A DNA stretch of 64,000 nucleotides from Candidatus Latescibacterota bacterium (GTDB lineage Bacteria; Latescibacterota; UBA2968): assembly GCA_965198115.1 (NCBI GenBank), contig OZ240241.1, positions 4,928,001-4,992,000 of the forward strand, written 5' to 3'. Below are positions 8,747-18,868 of this stretch, piece by piece. Under the pieces are notes generated by a model. It was given only the letters and a program-made list of their open reading frames with translations. It made no database searches and had not been told where the DNA came from. Both the position numbers and the translations under genes were made by a program. How positions within the stretch are numbered: the stretch's first letter is position 1; every line of letters starts with the position of its first letter.

Positions 8747-10539
8747 CCCGGCTGGCCCTCGGGTGGCGTGGGATGGCGAAGGCTCTTGAGTCGGGCGCGT
8801 GCCTCGTCGGCTTCGATGCTCTGACCGTAGAGGACGAGCACGCGCTCGTAGGCCGCGACCGCCTCTTCGGTGTGTCCGGGCCAGGTGCGATACACGTCGC
8901 CCACGGTGAGGAGGGCCCAGGGTCCGAAGGGGCTCCAGGGGAAGTCTTCGGCGAGCTGCTCGCACGCCCTGACGACGGCATCGGACCGTTGGAGACGCTG
9001 GAGGAGGCCGATCTGTCGCTTGACGTTGTGATCGCCCAGCGGGCCCCCAGCCGTGGTAACCTTCTGGAGGATCGACAGAGCCTCGCGAAGCTGGCCTGAC
9101 CGCTCTGCTCGGAGGCCTTCGGCCAGGGCACGAAGCCCGATCGAGTCCCGCGAGGAGCCGACGTGTAGGACGTGGGCCAGTGCGATGGCGTCGTTGACGG
9201 CCCCGAAGGATTTGGTTCCCCCGGTCACCATACGGAGGCGTTCGCCCGCCTTGGCGAAGCGAAGGCGCATGAAGTCGATTTCTGCGCGCTTGAAGGCAGC
9301 CGTCGCCGACCCTTCCTTGCCTCGTTCTTCCGACGCCACCGTGGAGAGGACCCGTTCCGCCTGAGGGTAGCGTCCTGCGGCGACGTGCAGGTCGGCCAGG
9401 TCGAACAGAGCGAGGGGGCGCCACTTTCCGTGCCGGGCGGGGAGGAGCATTCGTTCGAGCACGTTCCTAGCCGAATCGACGTTGCCGTGTCGGGTCAGCA
9501 GATGAGACAGGCGATAGGCGGCTTCATCGCTGAACCGCGTGCGACGACGCGCTTCGGAGACGGATCGGTAGAGCGCCGACGCTTCATCGTCGAGGTCGAG
9601 ACCCTCGAGCGCCCGGGCGCGTCCGAGCCGGGCCTGAGTCCGAATGCCATCGTTCGTCGTTCTCTCTTCGAGGGAATCGAAGGCTGCAGCAGCGATGTCG
9701 TAGACACGCGTTTCGAGGCTGTGGCGGCCGAGGGCGAGGAGGCTGCCGGCGACCGGCGCCCCTTCGGGGAGCGACGTCAGGAGGTCGATCGCATCCTTCG
9801 CGAGGCCGGCAGCCTGCGCGAAGGCCACGTAGAGTCGGATGCGGTGCGCGTCGGGATCTCTTCGAATGCGGTCCGTCAGGAAGAAGGCGATCCGACCGGG
9901 GTCGTCCGCCTCGGTCGCGATGTCACGGAGTTGCAATTCGACGAGGGGGATGTATTGGGGTTTTGCGGCAGCGAATCGGACATATTCGGTGACGGAGGTG
10001 AGATGGTCGCCTTGAGCGAGCGCAACCTCGGCGATTTCTCGTTGAAACAAGGTGCTGTCCTCGAGTGCGACACGCGCTGCGCGGTAGGCCCGTTCGGCGA
10101 GGTCGTCGAGGCCCTGCTTTCGGTAGGTCTCTGCGACGGTGACGAACAGGCCGGGGCTTCGCGCAGTGCTCAAGGCTTCGTCGATGGCGAGAAGGGCTTC
10201 GCTCTTTCGACCGAGGGAGATGAGGATATCGGCACGATGGATTCGGGCGCGCGCGTCGGTGGGCGCTCGAGCGAGCCGGTCGTCGAGTGCGGCGAGGGCA
10301 TCGTCGTGGCGACCCATCTTTTTATAACTGGCCGCCAGTCGGTAGCTCAGATCGGCGCGCCCCGGATGCAGCTCGAGAAGGGCTCGATACAGGGCGGCCG
10401 CGGCATCGTGATTCCCCGCGCGCTCGTGCTCGAGGGCCTGACGCATTCGGATGCGGAGTTCTTCGAGGTTTTGAGCACCGACGGTGTTCACGAAGAAGGG
10501 CGAGAGGGTCAGGATGAGCGAGAAGAAGTAGCGCGTCAC
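8743..10539 (-). CDS. Exported tetratricopeptide repeat protein
   Basis: Signal peptide; multiple TPR-like helix pairs; BamD/YbgF-like C-terminus. Confidence 0.85.
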   Translation of the reverse strand: MTRYFFSLILTLSPFFVNTVGAQNLEELRIRMRQALEHERAGNHDAAAALYRALLELHPGRADLSYRLAASYKKMGRHDDALAALDDRLARAPTDARARIHRADILISLGRKSEALLAIDEALSTARSPGLFVTVAETYRKQGLDDLAERAYRAARVALEDSTLFQREIAEVALAQGDHLTSVTEYVRFAAAKPQYIPLVELQLRDIATEADDPGRIAFFLTDRIRRDPDAHRIRLYVAFAQAAGLAKDAIDLLTSLPEGAPVAGSLLALGRHSLETRVYDIAAAAFDSLEERTTNDGIRTQARLGRARALEGLDLDDEASALYRSVSEARRRTRFSDEAAYRLSHLLTRHGNVDSARNVLERMLLPARHGKWRPLALFDLADLHVAAGRYPQAERVLSTVASEERGKEGSATAAFKRAEIDFMRLRFAKAGERLRMVTGGTKSFGAVNDAIALAHVLHVGSSRDSIGLRALAEGLRAERSGQLREALSILQKVTTAGGPLGDHNVKRQIGLLQRLQRSDAVVRACEQLAEDFPWSPFGPWALLTVGDVYRTWPGHTEEAVAAYERVLVLYGQSIEADEARARLKSLRHPTPPEGQPG

Positions 10540-13500
10540 TTTTCCGCCCCTTTTTCGCGCTGGGCCTCGTCGATGAGCCGTCCGAAGTAACGCCGGATGA
10601 GGGGCTGGTAGCCGTCGGGGTAGCCCTCACTGAGGGCATCACGCAGCCTGGTACGCAAGGGGTTCACCCCTTCACCCAAATGTTCGGGTAACGCGTTCGG
10701 CCCGCGATAGACGAAGACGCCGCCGCCGCGTGCTTCTCGGGCACGGCTGAACCCACGCTGTCGCGCGGAGCGCTGAGCGTCGAGGAGGCGGGAGAGGATG
10801 CGGCGCTGGCGCTCCAGCGTGTGCCGTGTCAGGTCCCCTCGTTCCAGGTCTTTCGCCACATCCTCCATTTCTCCCGAGACCGTGCCCAGGTCTCCGAGCA
10901 CACGCCCTTCCTGTGTCCCCAGACGTTTTCGGATCGCGTCGAGCATCTGCTGAATGGCTTGCTGTTCGGCCGCCATTCGACCCAGATCACCGGGGCTGGC
11001 TCCACCCGGACGTTTCTGAGCGCCGAACAAGCCCTGGGTCTGGGCGTTCAGACGGGTCTGCTGATTCGAGGCCTGCTGGAGTTGTTGGAGCATTTCTTGA
11101 AATCCGGTTGCCGAGCTTGCGTCCTGCAGGGCCTGCAAAGCACTCTGAATACCGAGCGCGGATGCGTTGAGATCGCCCATCGCCTCGGTCGCGCTCTTGG
11201 AGGCCCGTGACCCCGATCCCCGTTGGAGGTGACTGACCGCTTCTTCCATTTGTTGAAGGGCGTTCCCGAGCCCGGCCGCGGCCGATCGGGGAATGATGAA
11301 GGTTTTGTGCGATGCCTCGAGCATTCTGCCGGCCAGTCGGGCGGCCGATGCAAGATCTCGAGCCTGCTTCTCCGCGAGCGCGCGTTGCCCCGTCTTCGCG
11401 GCCGCTGCTGCAGCCGTCTGTTCCTGCCTCCTGGACAGGTGGAGAAGGTTCTGAAGCAGACCTGCGAGCTCGCGGGAGACGTCGGCCTTCTGCCGCTCGA
11501 GTCTGGATTCGCGGATCGCGGCCATCCTTTCGGCCAGCGTGGCCAGGTCGTCTCTGAGCGATTCCGTGGCTCGCCGTGCGCGCGTGACGCGTTGTGCGCG
11601 CAGGTCGCGAGCGGCCTGACCGGCACGGGGCACGACGGCGTGCTGGTCGAAGCGCTCGGCCAGTTCGGCCAGGGCCTCCGTCGTCGACTCGTCGAGCTGG
11701 TCGAGGGAGGCATCGAGTCCCTCCCTGAAGGCATCGGCCTCTCGCTCGACGGCCGTCTGTGGCTCGGCCAGAGGGGCTGTCTCCGGCGTGGCCGCGGCCT
11801 CCTCCGCAATCTGGCGCTGATGTTCGGCCAGGTCCTCGATCTGTCGGGTCAGAGCGTCGACGAACTGGTCGTTCTGGACTTCGCGCAAGAGGGCAATGGC
11901 CCGATCGAGGCCTTTTCGAAAATCTTCCTGCTGCTCGATCAACCGCGCCATGGCCTGGTCGATCTGTTCGCTGTCGGTCTCCTGTGTTGCCTCCTGGAGT
12001 TCGCGGATGGCGGATCGAAGCTCGGGTGTGTCGAGTCCTGCCATCAGCTCACGCACCTCCATCAGCTTCTGGATCGTCTCGTCGGACAGCAGTCCACTCT
12101 GTTCCAGGCGCTGTTGAGTTTCCTCGATGCGCGCCATCGACTCTTCCATGCTCCGCTGGATGTCCTCCTGGCGTTCGAGGATTTCTTCGGTTTCGGCGCG
12201 TGTTTCCCACGTGGGGGACTCGTTTTTGAGCCATTCACGTCGAAGCTCCTGCGTCTGCTGTCGCATCCGATAAGATGCGTTGCGTGCGGCCTCGAGCCGG
12301 GCCAAGTCCTCGTCGTGCCGCCGCCGTGCGTCCCGTTGAATCTCGAACAGGGACGGGAAGCGCAGGGTGTAGATGCGGGAGTCCCCATACTTGGGTCCGG
12401 TGATGACATCGTTGTCGTAGATGCGCAGGTGATATGTAAGGTGATCGCCTGGCAGCAGATCGGCCGACGAGAGGTCCCAGGTGGCGTCCTGTGTGAGTTG
12501 GCGGGCCCCAGCCGAGTCGAGAACGACCGGGAGCGTGTGGGTGTCCTTCGTGTCGTTCAGGCGAAAGCGTACTTCTGCAAGATCCAGACCGTAGTCGTCG
12601 ATGGCCTCGAACAGGAGGAGAACGCGCATGGCATCGCCGAGCTCGCCGTCGGATCCGGGTCTCAGGACGGCCACTTCGGGAGGCTCGTCGGCGACGGCGA
12701 GGATGCGTCGGCTTACTGGATCGGCGTTGTCGATGTTGGCGGTGTCGGTCAGACCGATCGTGAAACGTCCGTCGGACGTGACCGGGAAGTCGAATACGAC
12801 GCGTGTGTCCGCGGCCGACCCTTCCACGGGATCCCCGTTTTCGAGGTTGAGCCACCCCCGGCTGAGGGGTCGGGTCGACTCGGCCGTGAGGGTCACGCGG
12901 GTTCCCGTGGGTGCGATGATGTCGCCCCCGTCTTCGTCGACGCGGGGGGGAAGCCGCGTGTGTGGGGGGTAAAGGTAGTCGACGCGCGTGTGGGTGACGA
13001 CGGGTCGTGGATGCACGGTCACGCGGTAGGTCGGAGATGTCGCGTCGTAGGCGGACCAACGGTAGTCGAGCGACTGACGGAGGTCGAGGGTTTTCGTGAC
13101 GACCCCGTGTTTGACCGGAAGCCGGTGTGCGACCCAGTCCCGGGCGGTCGCTTCGCGGATGTCGAGACGGGCCACCGTCGGAACGAGCCCCTCGATTCGA
13201 ACCCCGAGGCTTATTTCATCACCCGAAACCCTTTCGGCATGACCGGGTTCGATGCTCAGGTGCGTGAGGGCGGGTCGAGCATAGGCGGTCGCGGGAGACA
13301 GAAGACGGTGCGCGGCATCTCTCATTCGCGAACCGAAGGGAAAGGCGACGACGGCACACAGAACCGCGGAGATGATGCATCCGCGCCAGGCCGACAGTAG
13401 GGGTCCGGGATGGACGGCCGCGTTCAGGTCGAGGGTCCGGGCCCTGGCGACGCCTGCCTGGACGGCGGCAGCGGCGAGCGTCCGGGAGGTCGCCTGTTCA

Positions 13501-13871
13501 GGTGCGTCGCCCAGCTGAACGGCGTTGGAGAGTCCCTGTTGCAGTCCACCATAGTGCGCTTCGACGTGTCGGGCGATCGACCAGGTCGATTGTGGGCGCA
13601 GAAGGGGGCCGGCCACGAGCCATCCGAATCCGACGGCCAGAGCGAGCAGCAGAAGTCCCGTTGCCGCGAGTTTGACCGTCGGAGCCAGGTAGAGGACAGA
13701 TTCGAGCAGGGCGAGCGCGCACAATGTGGGCAAGAGTGCTGCGAGGAGGAGGCCAACACCACGCAGAGCGCGGAATGCCGTCTCTCTTCGGCTCAGCCGT
13801 TGGAGCCGATCGGTCAGGTCCCCGTAGTCGCTGGACACCGTCGTGCGATCAGTGTGTGAGAGCCCAGACAA
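10536..13871 (-). CDS. DUF4175-like membrane-anchored protein with Ig-like domains and a long coiled coil
   Basis: N-terminal TM helices; DEPPEV..RP and AIDDYGL motifs; Q/E-rich coiled coil; RQRRILSRLLDA and YQPLIRRYF C-terminus. Confidence 0.8.
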   Translation of the reverse strand: MSGLSHTDRTTVSSDYGDLTDRLQRLSRRETAFRALRGVGLLLAALLPTLCALALLESVLYLAPTVKLAATGLLLLALAVGFGWLVAGPLLRPQSTWSIARHVEAHYGGLQQGLSNAVQLGDAPEQATSRTLAAAAVQAGVARARTLDLNAAVHPGPLLSAWRGCIISAVLCAVVAFPFGSRMRDAAHRLLSPATAYARPALTHLSIEPGHAERVSGDEISLGVRIEGLVPTVARLDIREATARDWVAHRLPVKHGVVTKTLDLRQSLDYRWSAYDATSPTYRVTVHPRPVVTHTRVDYLYPPHTRLPPRVDEDGGDIIAPTGTRVTLTAESTRPLSRGWLNLENGDPVEGSAADTRVVFDFPVTSDGRFTIGLTDTANIDNADPVSRRILAVADEPPEVAVLRPGSDGELGDAMRVLLLFEAIDDYGLDLAEVRFRLNDTKDTHTLPVVLDSAGARQLTQDATWDLSSADLLPGDHLTYHLRIYDNDVITGPKYGDSRIYTLRFPSLFEIQRDARRRHDEDLARLEAARNASYRMRQQTQELRREWLKNESPTWETRAETEEILERQEDIQRSMEESMARIEETQQRLEQSGLLSDETIQKLMEVRELMAGLDTPELRSAIRELQEATQETDSEQIDQAMARLIEQQEDFRKGLDRAIALLREVQNDQFVDALTRQIEDLAEHQRQIAEEAAATPETAPLAEPQTAVEREADAFREGLDASLDQLDESTTEALAELAERFDQHAVVPRAGQAARDLRAQRVTRARRATESLRDDLATLAERMAAIRESRLERQKADVSRELAGLLQNLLHLSRRQEQTAAAAAAKTGQRALAEKQARDLASAARLAGRMLEASHKTFIIPRSAAAGLGNALQQMEEAVSHLQRGSGSRASKSATEAMGDLNASALGIQSALQALQDASSATGFQEMLQQLQQASNQQTRLNAQTQGLFGAQKRPGGASPGDLGRMAAEQQAIQQMLDAIRKRLGTQEGRVLGDLGTVSGEMEDVAKDLERGDLTRHTLERQRRILSRLLDAQRSARQRGFSRAREARGGGVFVYRGPNALPEHLGEGVNPLRTRLRDALSEGYPDGYQPLIRRYFGRLIDEAQREKGAEK

Positions 13872-14502
13872 GGATGTTCGTTCCCATTTTCAACGCGGAT
13901 TCGCGTTTTTCGGGTGTGTCGTCGTGAACGTCGGCGTCGTCCCACCCGTCACCGATGTCACTCTCGAAGGCGTAGAAGACGACGAGCCGGCCGCCGTGAA
14001 AGATGCCGAAAGCCTGCGGACGGGCGTTGTCGTGCTCGTGGATTTTGGGGAGACCCTCCGGAAACGAGTAGGGCGTGTGAAAGATGCCGAAATCGGGTGG
14101 CAGTTCGACCATGTCTTTGTCGGGAAACACACGCGCCATTTCCCGTCGAAAGGCTTTGTCCAGGCCATAGTCGTCGTTTGCCAGCAGGAAGCCGCCGTTC
14201 TCCAGGTAGGTTCGGAGCCGTCTTACTTCCTCTTCGCTTAGCCGAATGTTGCCGTGGCCCGTGAGGTAGGCGATGGGATAGGCGAAGAGGGCGTCGTCTC
14301 CGATATCGACGCGTGCCTCGACGCCGGCCGTGCGCAGGGTCGTGTGCGCTTCCGCGTAGGCCAGCAGGTTGGGGATCTCGGTCGGGCCGTTGTACCAGTC
14401 TCCACCGCCCGAATATCGAATTCGGGCGATGACGAGCTTGTCGGTGTCGGGGGACGCGTGTAGCGGACCCAACACGAGTGCCAGAAGCAGGAGGAACCCC
14501 AT
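13849..14502 (-). CDS. DUF4159 domain protein
   Basis: Signal peptide; YSGGGDWY, YLTGHG, YLENGGFL..DDYG and GLPKIHEHD motifs. Confidence 0.9.
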   Translation of the reverse strand: MGFLLLLALVLGPLHASPDTDKLVIARIRYSGGGDWYNGPTEIPNLLAYAEAHTTLRTAGVEARVDIGDDALFAYPIAYLTGHGNIRLSEEEVRRLRTYLENGGFLLANDDYGLDKAFRREMARVFPDKDMVELPPDFGIFHTPYSFPEGLPKIHEHDNARPQAFGIFHGGRLVVFYAFESDIGDGWDDADVHDDTPEKRESALKMGTNILVWALTH

Positions 14503-14511
14503 GAGCAGTGT

Positions 14512-14940
14512 CTATCGGAGTCGGCCGAGAAGGTAGCTGAAGACAAGGGCAGGGAGCGCCCTCTGTTTGAGACGTTCGGCAGGAAGGAGGAGTTCCGGTT
14601 CGGCCGGGGGGTCGAAGCTTTTGGCTTCGACCGGTTCTTCGATCCCGATGAGCGGGTCGGCGAAGTCGAACGTGCAGTCGAAGTCGACGTCGGACAGGCA
14701 CCCTTCGTCGATCGGGAACGCCGCGCACTGACCGGGTCGGTCGTCGTAGATGCTGCAGATGGCAGCTCCGTCTTTTTCTCGAACCAGGAAGGGGCACTTG
14801 AAAAGAATCTCACAACAGTTGCCGCACTGGTTGCACTCGCCCTGTCGCCGACCCACCTGCTGGTGGACGTAGCCCGGACGGAAGCGCACGAGCACGTAGC
14901 GTCTGATTTTACCTCTGACCTGTCGAAGTTTCTTTTTCAC
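14512..14940 (-). CDS. Cys-cluster (YkgJ/CxxCxxCC-like) protein
   Basis: GECNQCGNCC, CPFL and CSIYDDRPGQCAAFP motifs; GTGA overlap with the flippase stop. Confidence 0.75.
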   Translation of the reverse strand: MKKKLRQVRGKIRRYVLVRFRPGYVHQQVGRRQGECNQCGNCCEILFKCPFLVREKDGAAICSIYDDRPGQCAAFPIDEGCLSDVDFDCTFDFADPLIGIEEPVEAKSFDPPAEPELLLPAERLKQRALPALVFSYLLGRLR

Positions 14941-16427
14941 GATGGTCCGAGCTCGTTCTGTTTGTTGGTGGACGCCCGCCCGAGCGAGCGCAGGTCCCAC
15001 CATTCGCCCGGCCGCAGAAAGTTCCAGCCCCAGAGGATCAACGGGTAGGCCAGGAGCGCGATTGCCCGAGCGGCGGCTCCGGCGGCTGTCGTGTCCTCCG
15101 ACCATCGGCCGAGCGCTATGGTGACGACGACCGTGGTGAGCACGACCTTGGCGATCCGGCCGTACTCGTAGGGAACCGGGTAAAAAGCACGCGTACGGGC
15201 GTGGAGGAGGAGGACCATCAATCCGTTGGCCGCCACACTGCTCCACGCGGCTGCAATATAACCGATTCGCGGGATCATCAGAAGATTGATACTCACGTTG
15301 ACGATGGCGCCGGCGATGACGATTCCTGGCAGCATCCGGGCTCGGCCCTCGGCATAGACCCCCGCGGTGAGGATGACGTAGACCCCGTAGAGCAGGTGGC
15401 CGAGGGTGACCACGGGAATGACAACGTGACCGGAAAGGTAGTCGGCGGCTCGGTCACCACCGACGAGCGTGATCAGGTCGCGGCTGAATCCCGTCACGAA
15501 CAGGAGCATCAGGCTGGCGGCGGTGACGAAGTAGGTGGTGACGCGCGCGCAGACGACGCGTGCCTCTTCGGGGTTGTCGACGGCCAGGACGCCCGGAGCC
15601 CACGCCGATCTGAATGCTCGGACGATGAGGAGGGCCGGAATGCTGAATTTGTAGGTAACGCCATAGACCCCGAGGGCGGCCAGACCCAGCAAGTGCTCGA
15701 TCAGAAATCGGTCCGAGAGACTGATGACCAGAATGGCGAGGGCCGATGGCACGAACGGCACACCGAACCCGAGAAGCTCTCTGAGCAGGCGAGGGTCGAA
15801 CACGGGTCGGATGACACCGAACCCTACCGGCACCATCGCGAGAAGGGCAAAGGTGGAACTGATGACGTTGGCGGTGAAAACCCCTCGCACGCCCGAGTCC
15901 CGCACGAGGATGAGGTAGACGATCAGGAGGATCTGCAGCGTGTGCTGACACAACCGGGTGAGGGCGAATCGCGTGCTCTGCTGGCGGGCACGACACAGAC
16001 TGAACAGAGGTTCGCTGAGGGTGTCGAGAAAGACGACGATGGCCAGGGCTCGGACGATGTCGGCGTTCGAACCCGAGCCCAGGACGCCGGCCGCGATCGG
16101 AAACGCGTAGATCCACGTCAGCCCCGATACCGTGGTTCCGAGGACGAAAAGGGTGACGAAAGCCGTGCTGAAGCGGCGAACGACCTGTGATTCGTGTTCG
16201 CGATCTCCAGACAGGAAACGGATGAGCGCCTGATTCAGGCCGAGCGAATAGAATACGGCGCAGAAGCCGACGAAGGCGAAGCTGAGGGTGATGATGCCGT
16301 TGTCTTCGGGTGTCAGCCTGCGAACGTAGAGCGGCAGGAGAATGATGGCCACGGCGCGACCGAGGAAGTCGCCGACGCTGTAGACCGCCGTGTGCCGGGC
16401 GAGGGATCGGATCGGGGCAAAGTTCAC
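14937..16427 (-). CDS. Oligosaccharide flippase (Wzx/MOP family)
   Basis: ILLPLYVRRLTPED and SDRFLI..LG...LGVY motifs; many TM helices; GTG start overlaps the priA stop. Confidence 0.88.
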   Translation of the reverse strand: MNFAPIRSLARHTAVYSVGDFLGRAVAIILLPLYVRRLTPEDNGIITLSFAFVGFCAVFYSLGLNQALIRFLSGDREHESQVVRRFSTAFVTLFVLGTTVSGLTWIYAFPIAAGVLGSGSNADIVRALAIVVFLDTLSEPLFSLCRARQQSTRFALTRLCQHTLQILLIVYLILVRDSGVRGVFTANVISSTFALLAMVPVGFGVIRPVFDPRLLRELLGFGVPFVPSALAILVISLSDRFLIEHLLGLAALGVYGVTYKFSIPALLIVRAFRSAWAPGVLAVDNPEEARVVCARVTTYFVTAASLMLLFVTGFSRDLITLVGGDRAADYLSGHVVIPVVTLGHLLYGVYVILTAGVYAEGRARMLPGIVIAGAIVNVSINLLMIPRIGYIAAAWSSVAANGLMVLLLHARTRAFYPVPYEYGRIAKVVLTTVVVTIALGRWSEDTTAAGAAARAIALLAYPLILWGWNFLRPGEWWDLRSLGRASTNKQNELGPS

Positions 16428-18868
16428 AGCATCGAAACCGGATCGACGTCGACGCTCAGGGCGACGGACCGGCGTCTGTGCGTGTCGAGCACGCGGCGGG
16501 CGGCGTGGTTCAGACGCCGGGCGGAATCGGACTTGGCGATGACTTGCCACCGGTACCGGCGCTGGATGCGGGCGAGTGGAGCGGGCACGGGCCCGAGCAC
16601 GTCGATCGACGGGTCTCCCGCTCGGAGTGTTTCGGCACATTCGCCGGCGGCCTGCGCGACGTTCGGTTCATCGGCGCCACGGAACAGGAACAGGGTCATT
16701 CGACCGTAGGGCGGGTAGCCGAGGTCTTCGCGGGATCTGAGTTCGGCGGTGGAGTAACTCGCATAGTCGTGCGTACGAGCACAGAGAAGCGGGTCCTCGT
16801 CGGGGCGGTAGGTCTGGATGACGACTTCGCCGGGGAGGTCACCCCTGCCGGCCCTGCCCGCGACCTGCGTGAGCAGCTGGAAAGTCCGTTCGCCCGCTCG
16901 GAAGTCGGGGAGTCCGAGTCCGGTGTCGGCGGAGATGACGCCCACGAGCGTGACGCCGGCGAAGTCCAGGCCCTTGGCGACCATTTGCGTGCCGAGAAGA
17001 ATGTCGGCTTCACCCCGGCCGAACGCGTCGAGGATGCGCTCGTGGGCGCCTTTCTGTGACGTGGAGTCGACGTCCATCCGCAGGACCCGGGCGTCGGTGA
17101 ACCGCTCGGCCAGGGCTTCTTCGACGCGTTGCGTTCCCGATCCGAATAGTTTGAGGCTGGTCGATCCGCAGGTGACGCAGGTCGGCGATCGCGGCTCGGT
17201 TCGGCCGCAGTAGTGACAAACCATGTGGCCGGCGGACGATCCTTTGGGCGCGTGGTAAGTGAGCGTAACCTGACACGAGATACATTCGAGGGCCGTGCCA
17301 CAGTCGGTGCATTGGATGAACGGGGCGTAACCGCGGCGGTTCTGAAGCAGGATGATTCGCTCGCTCCTGACCAATCGATCACGGATACCCGTTCGGAGGG
17401 CGGTCGAGAAGAGATCGCCGCCTTCGTTCCTCATGTCGATGAGTCGGACCTCCGGAAGCGGTCGGGCGTCGATGCGGGCAGGCAGCTCGATCAGGTCGAA
17501 TTTGCCCGTCGTGGCGTTGTGGTAAGATTCGAGGGACGGCGTGGCCGATCCGAGCACGACGGGGAAAGCCTCCTGTTGACCCCGTATGACGGCGACGTCG
17601 CGGGCGCTGTAGCGAGGCGCGGGGCTCTCCTGTTTGTAGGACCCATCGTGCTCTTCGTCGACGACGATGAGGCCCAGGTTGGCGACGGGTGCGAACACGG
17701 CCGACCGGGCTCCGACGACGACCTGTCGACGACCCTCCCGCACCTGACGCCACGCATCGTAACGCTCGCCCGCGGACAGGGCGCTGTGCAAGACGGCGAC
17801 CCGGTCGCCGAATCGAGCCCTGAACCGCCGGACCGTCTGCGGCGTGAGCGCGATTTCGGGAATGAGGACGATGGCGCCTCTCTGTTTTTCGAGAGCGGCG
17901 GCGACCGCTTCGATGTAAACGAGCGTCTTTCCGCTGCCGGTGACGCCGTGGACGAGGTGGACGCTGAACCGCCGGGCTGCTACGTCGGGAAGGATCCTGT
18001 CGAGGGCGTCCTGCTGGTCTCCCGTGGGATCGAGCGATTCGGGCGGCTCGGCCGGGACTTCGGCGTAGGGATCGCGGACCACTTCCCGTTCCTGAAGTTC
18101 GACGAGATGACGGTCTGCCAGCCGGCGCAGGACTGCGCCATCGACGCCGACTTCACCCAGCTCTTTGGCCGTGGCCGCCCCGCCCTGGTCGAGCAGGTAG
18201 TCGAGACAGGCTGCCTGTTTGGGCGCCCGCTTTCTGAGGGTGGGGAGCTCCGCGACTGCCCAGTTAGGGTCCGTCGGGAGGAGTCGCGCGATCCGCTCTG
18301 TGCTGACACGAACACGCGGGTCGACCATGGCCTGACGCGCTTCGAGGATTCCCCTGCGGACGAGGTCGTTGACGATCCGGCGTGTGCCGCGTCCGAGCCG
18401 GCGCTCGAGTTGACGCAGGTTCAGGTCGCCCGCCTCCTCGAGGGTGGCTATCACGTCGCTCTGGCGATGCGTCAACTCGCCATTGGGACGAGGGGATGCG
18501 GCGATCGAGATGCGCTGGTCACTCTGGGTATGGATGCCAGCGGGGAGGGCGGCGGTGAGAACTTCTGCGAGGGTGCAGAGATAGTAGCTAGCGACCCAGC
18601 GGCACGTCGAGAGAAGTTCGGCAGTCAGGACGGGATACGGATCGAGGCACATCGCCACAGACCGAACGTTGACGATGTCGGTGGTGTCCTGAAACCCGAC
18701 GACGATGCCGGTCGCCCAGCGCGGCCCGAGGGGAACGAGGACGCGACTGCCCACGGTAATGGCAGGCCGGTCTGGAGGGGGATCGCGCAGATCTTCGGGA
18801 ACCTGGTAGGTCATCGCCCGGTCGATGCGGGCACCCAACGGTACGATATCTGCGAACGGGCCTGACAT
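16424..18868 (-). CDS. priA: Primosomal protein N'
   Basis: HGVTGSGKT, VPEIALTPQ-like, DEEHD, NRRGY, CxxC zinc motifs and GTQMVAKGLDF. Confidence 0.97.
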   Translation of the reverse strand: MSGPFADIVPLGARIDRAMTYQVPEDLRDPPPDRPAITVGSRVLVPLGPRWATGIVVGFQDTTDIVNVRSVAMCLDPYPVLTAELLSTCRWVASYYLCTLAEVLTAALPAGIHTQSDQRISIAASPRPNGELTHRQSDVIATLEEAGDLNLRQLERRLGRGTRRIVNDLVRRGILEARQAMVDPRVRVSTERIARLLPTDPNWAVAELPTLRKRAPKQAACLDYLLDQGGAATAKELGEVGVDGAVLRRLADRHLVELQEREVVRDPYAEVPAEPPESLDPTGDQQDALDRILPDVAARRFSVHLVHGVTGSGKTLVYIEAVAAALEKQRGAIVLIPEIALTPQTVRRFRARFGDRVAVLHSALSAGERYDAWRQVREGRRQVVVGARSAVFAPVANLGLIVVDEEHDGSYKQESPAPRYSARDVAVIRGQQEAFPVVLGSATPSLESYHNATTGKFDLIELPARIDARPLPEVRLIDMRNEGGDLFSTALRTGIRDRLVRSERIILLQNRRGYAPFIQCTDCGTALECISCQVTLTYHAPKGSSAGHMVCHYCGRTEPRSPTCVTCGSTSLKLFGSGTQRVEEALAERFTDARVLRMDVDSTSQKGAHERILDAFGRGEADILLGTQMVAKGLDFAGVTLVGVISADTGLGLPDFRAGERTFQLLTQVAGRAGRGDLPGEVVIQTYRPDEDPLLCARTHDYASYSTAELRSREDLGYPPYGRMTLFLFRGADEPNVAQAAGECAETLRAGDPSIDVLGPVPAPLARIQRRYRWQVIAKSDSARRLNHAARRVLDTHRRRSVALSVDVDPVSML

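Noticed and set aside
9172-18865. Long plus-strand ORFs (9172-10590, 11223-13400, 17213-18865)
   Set aside because: Antisense shadows of well-supported minus-strand genes in high-GC DNA.
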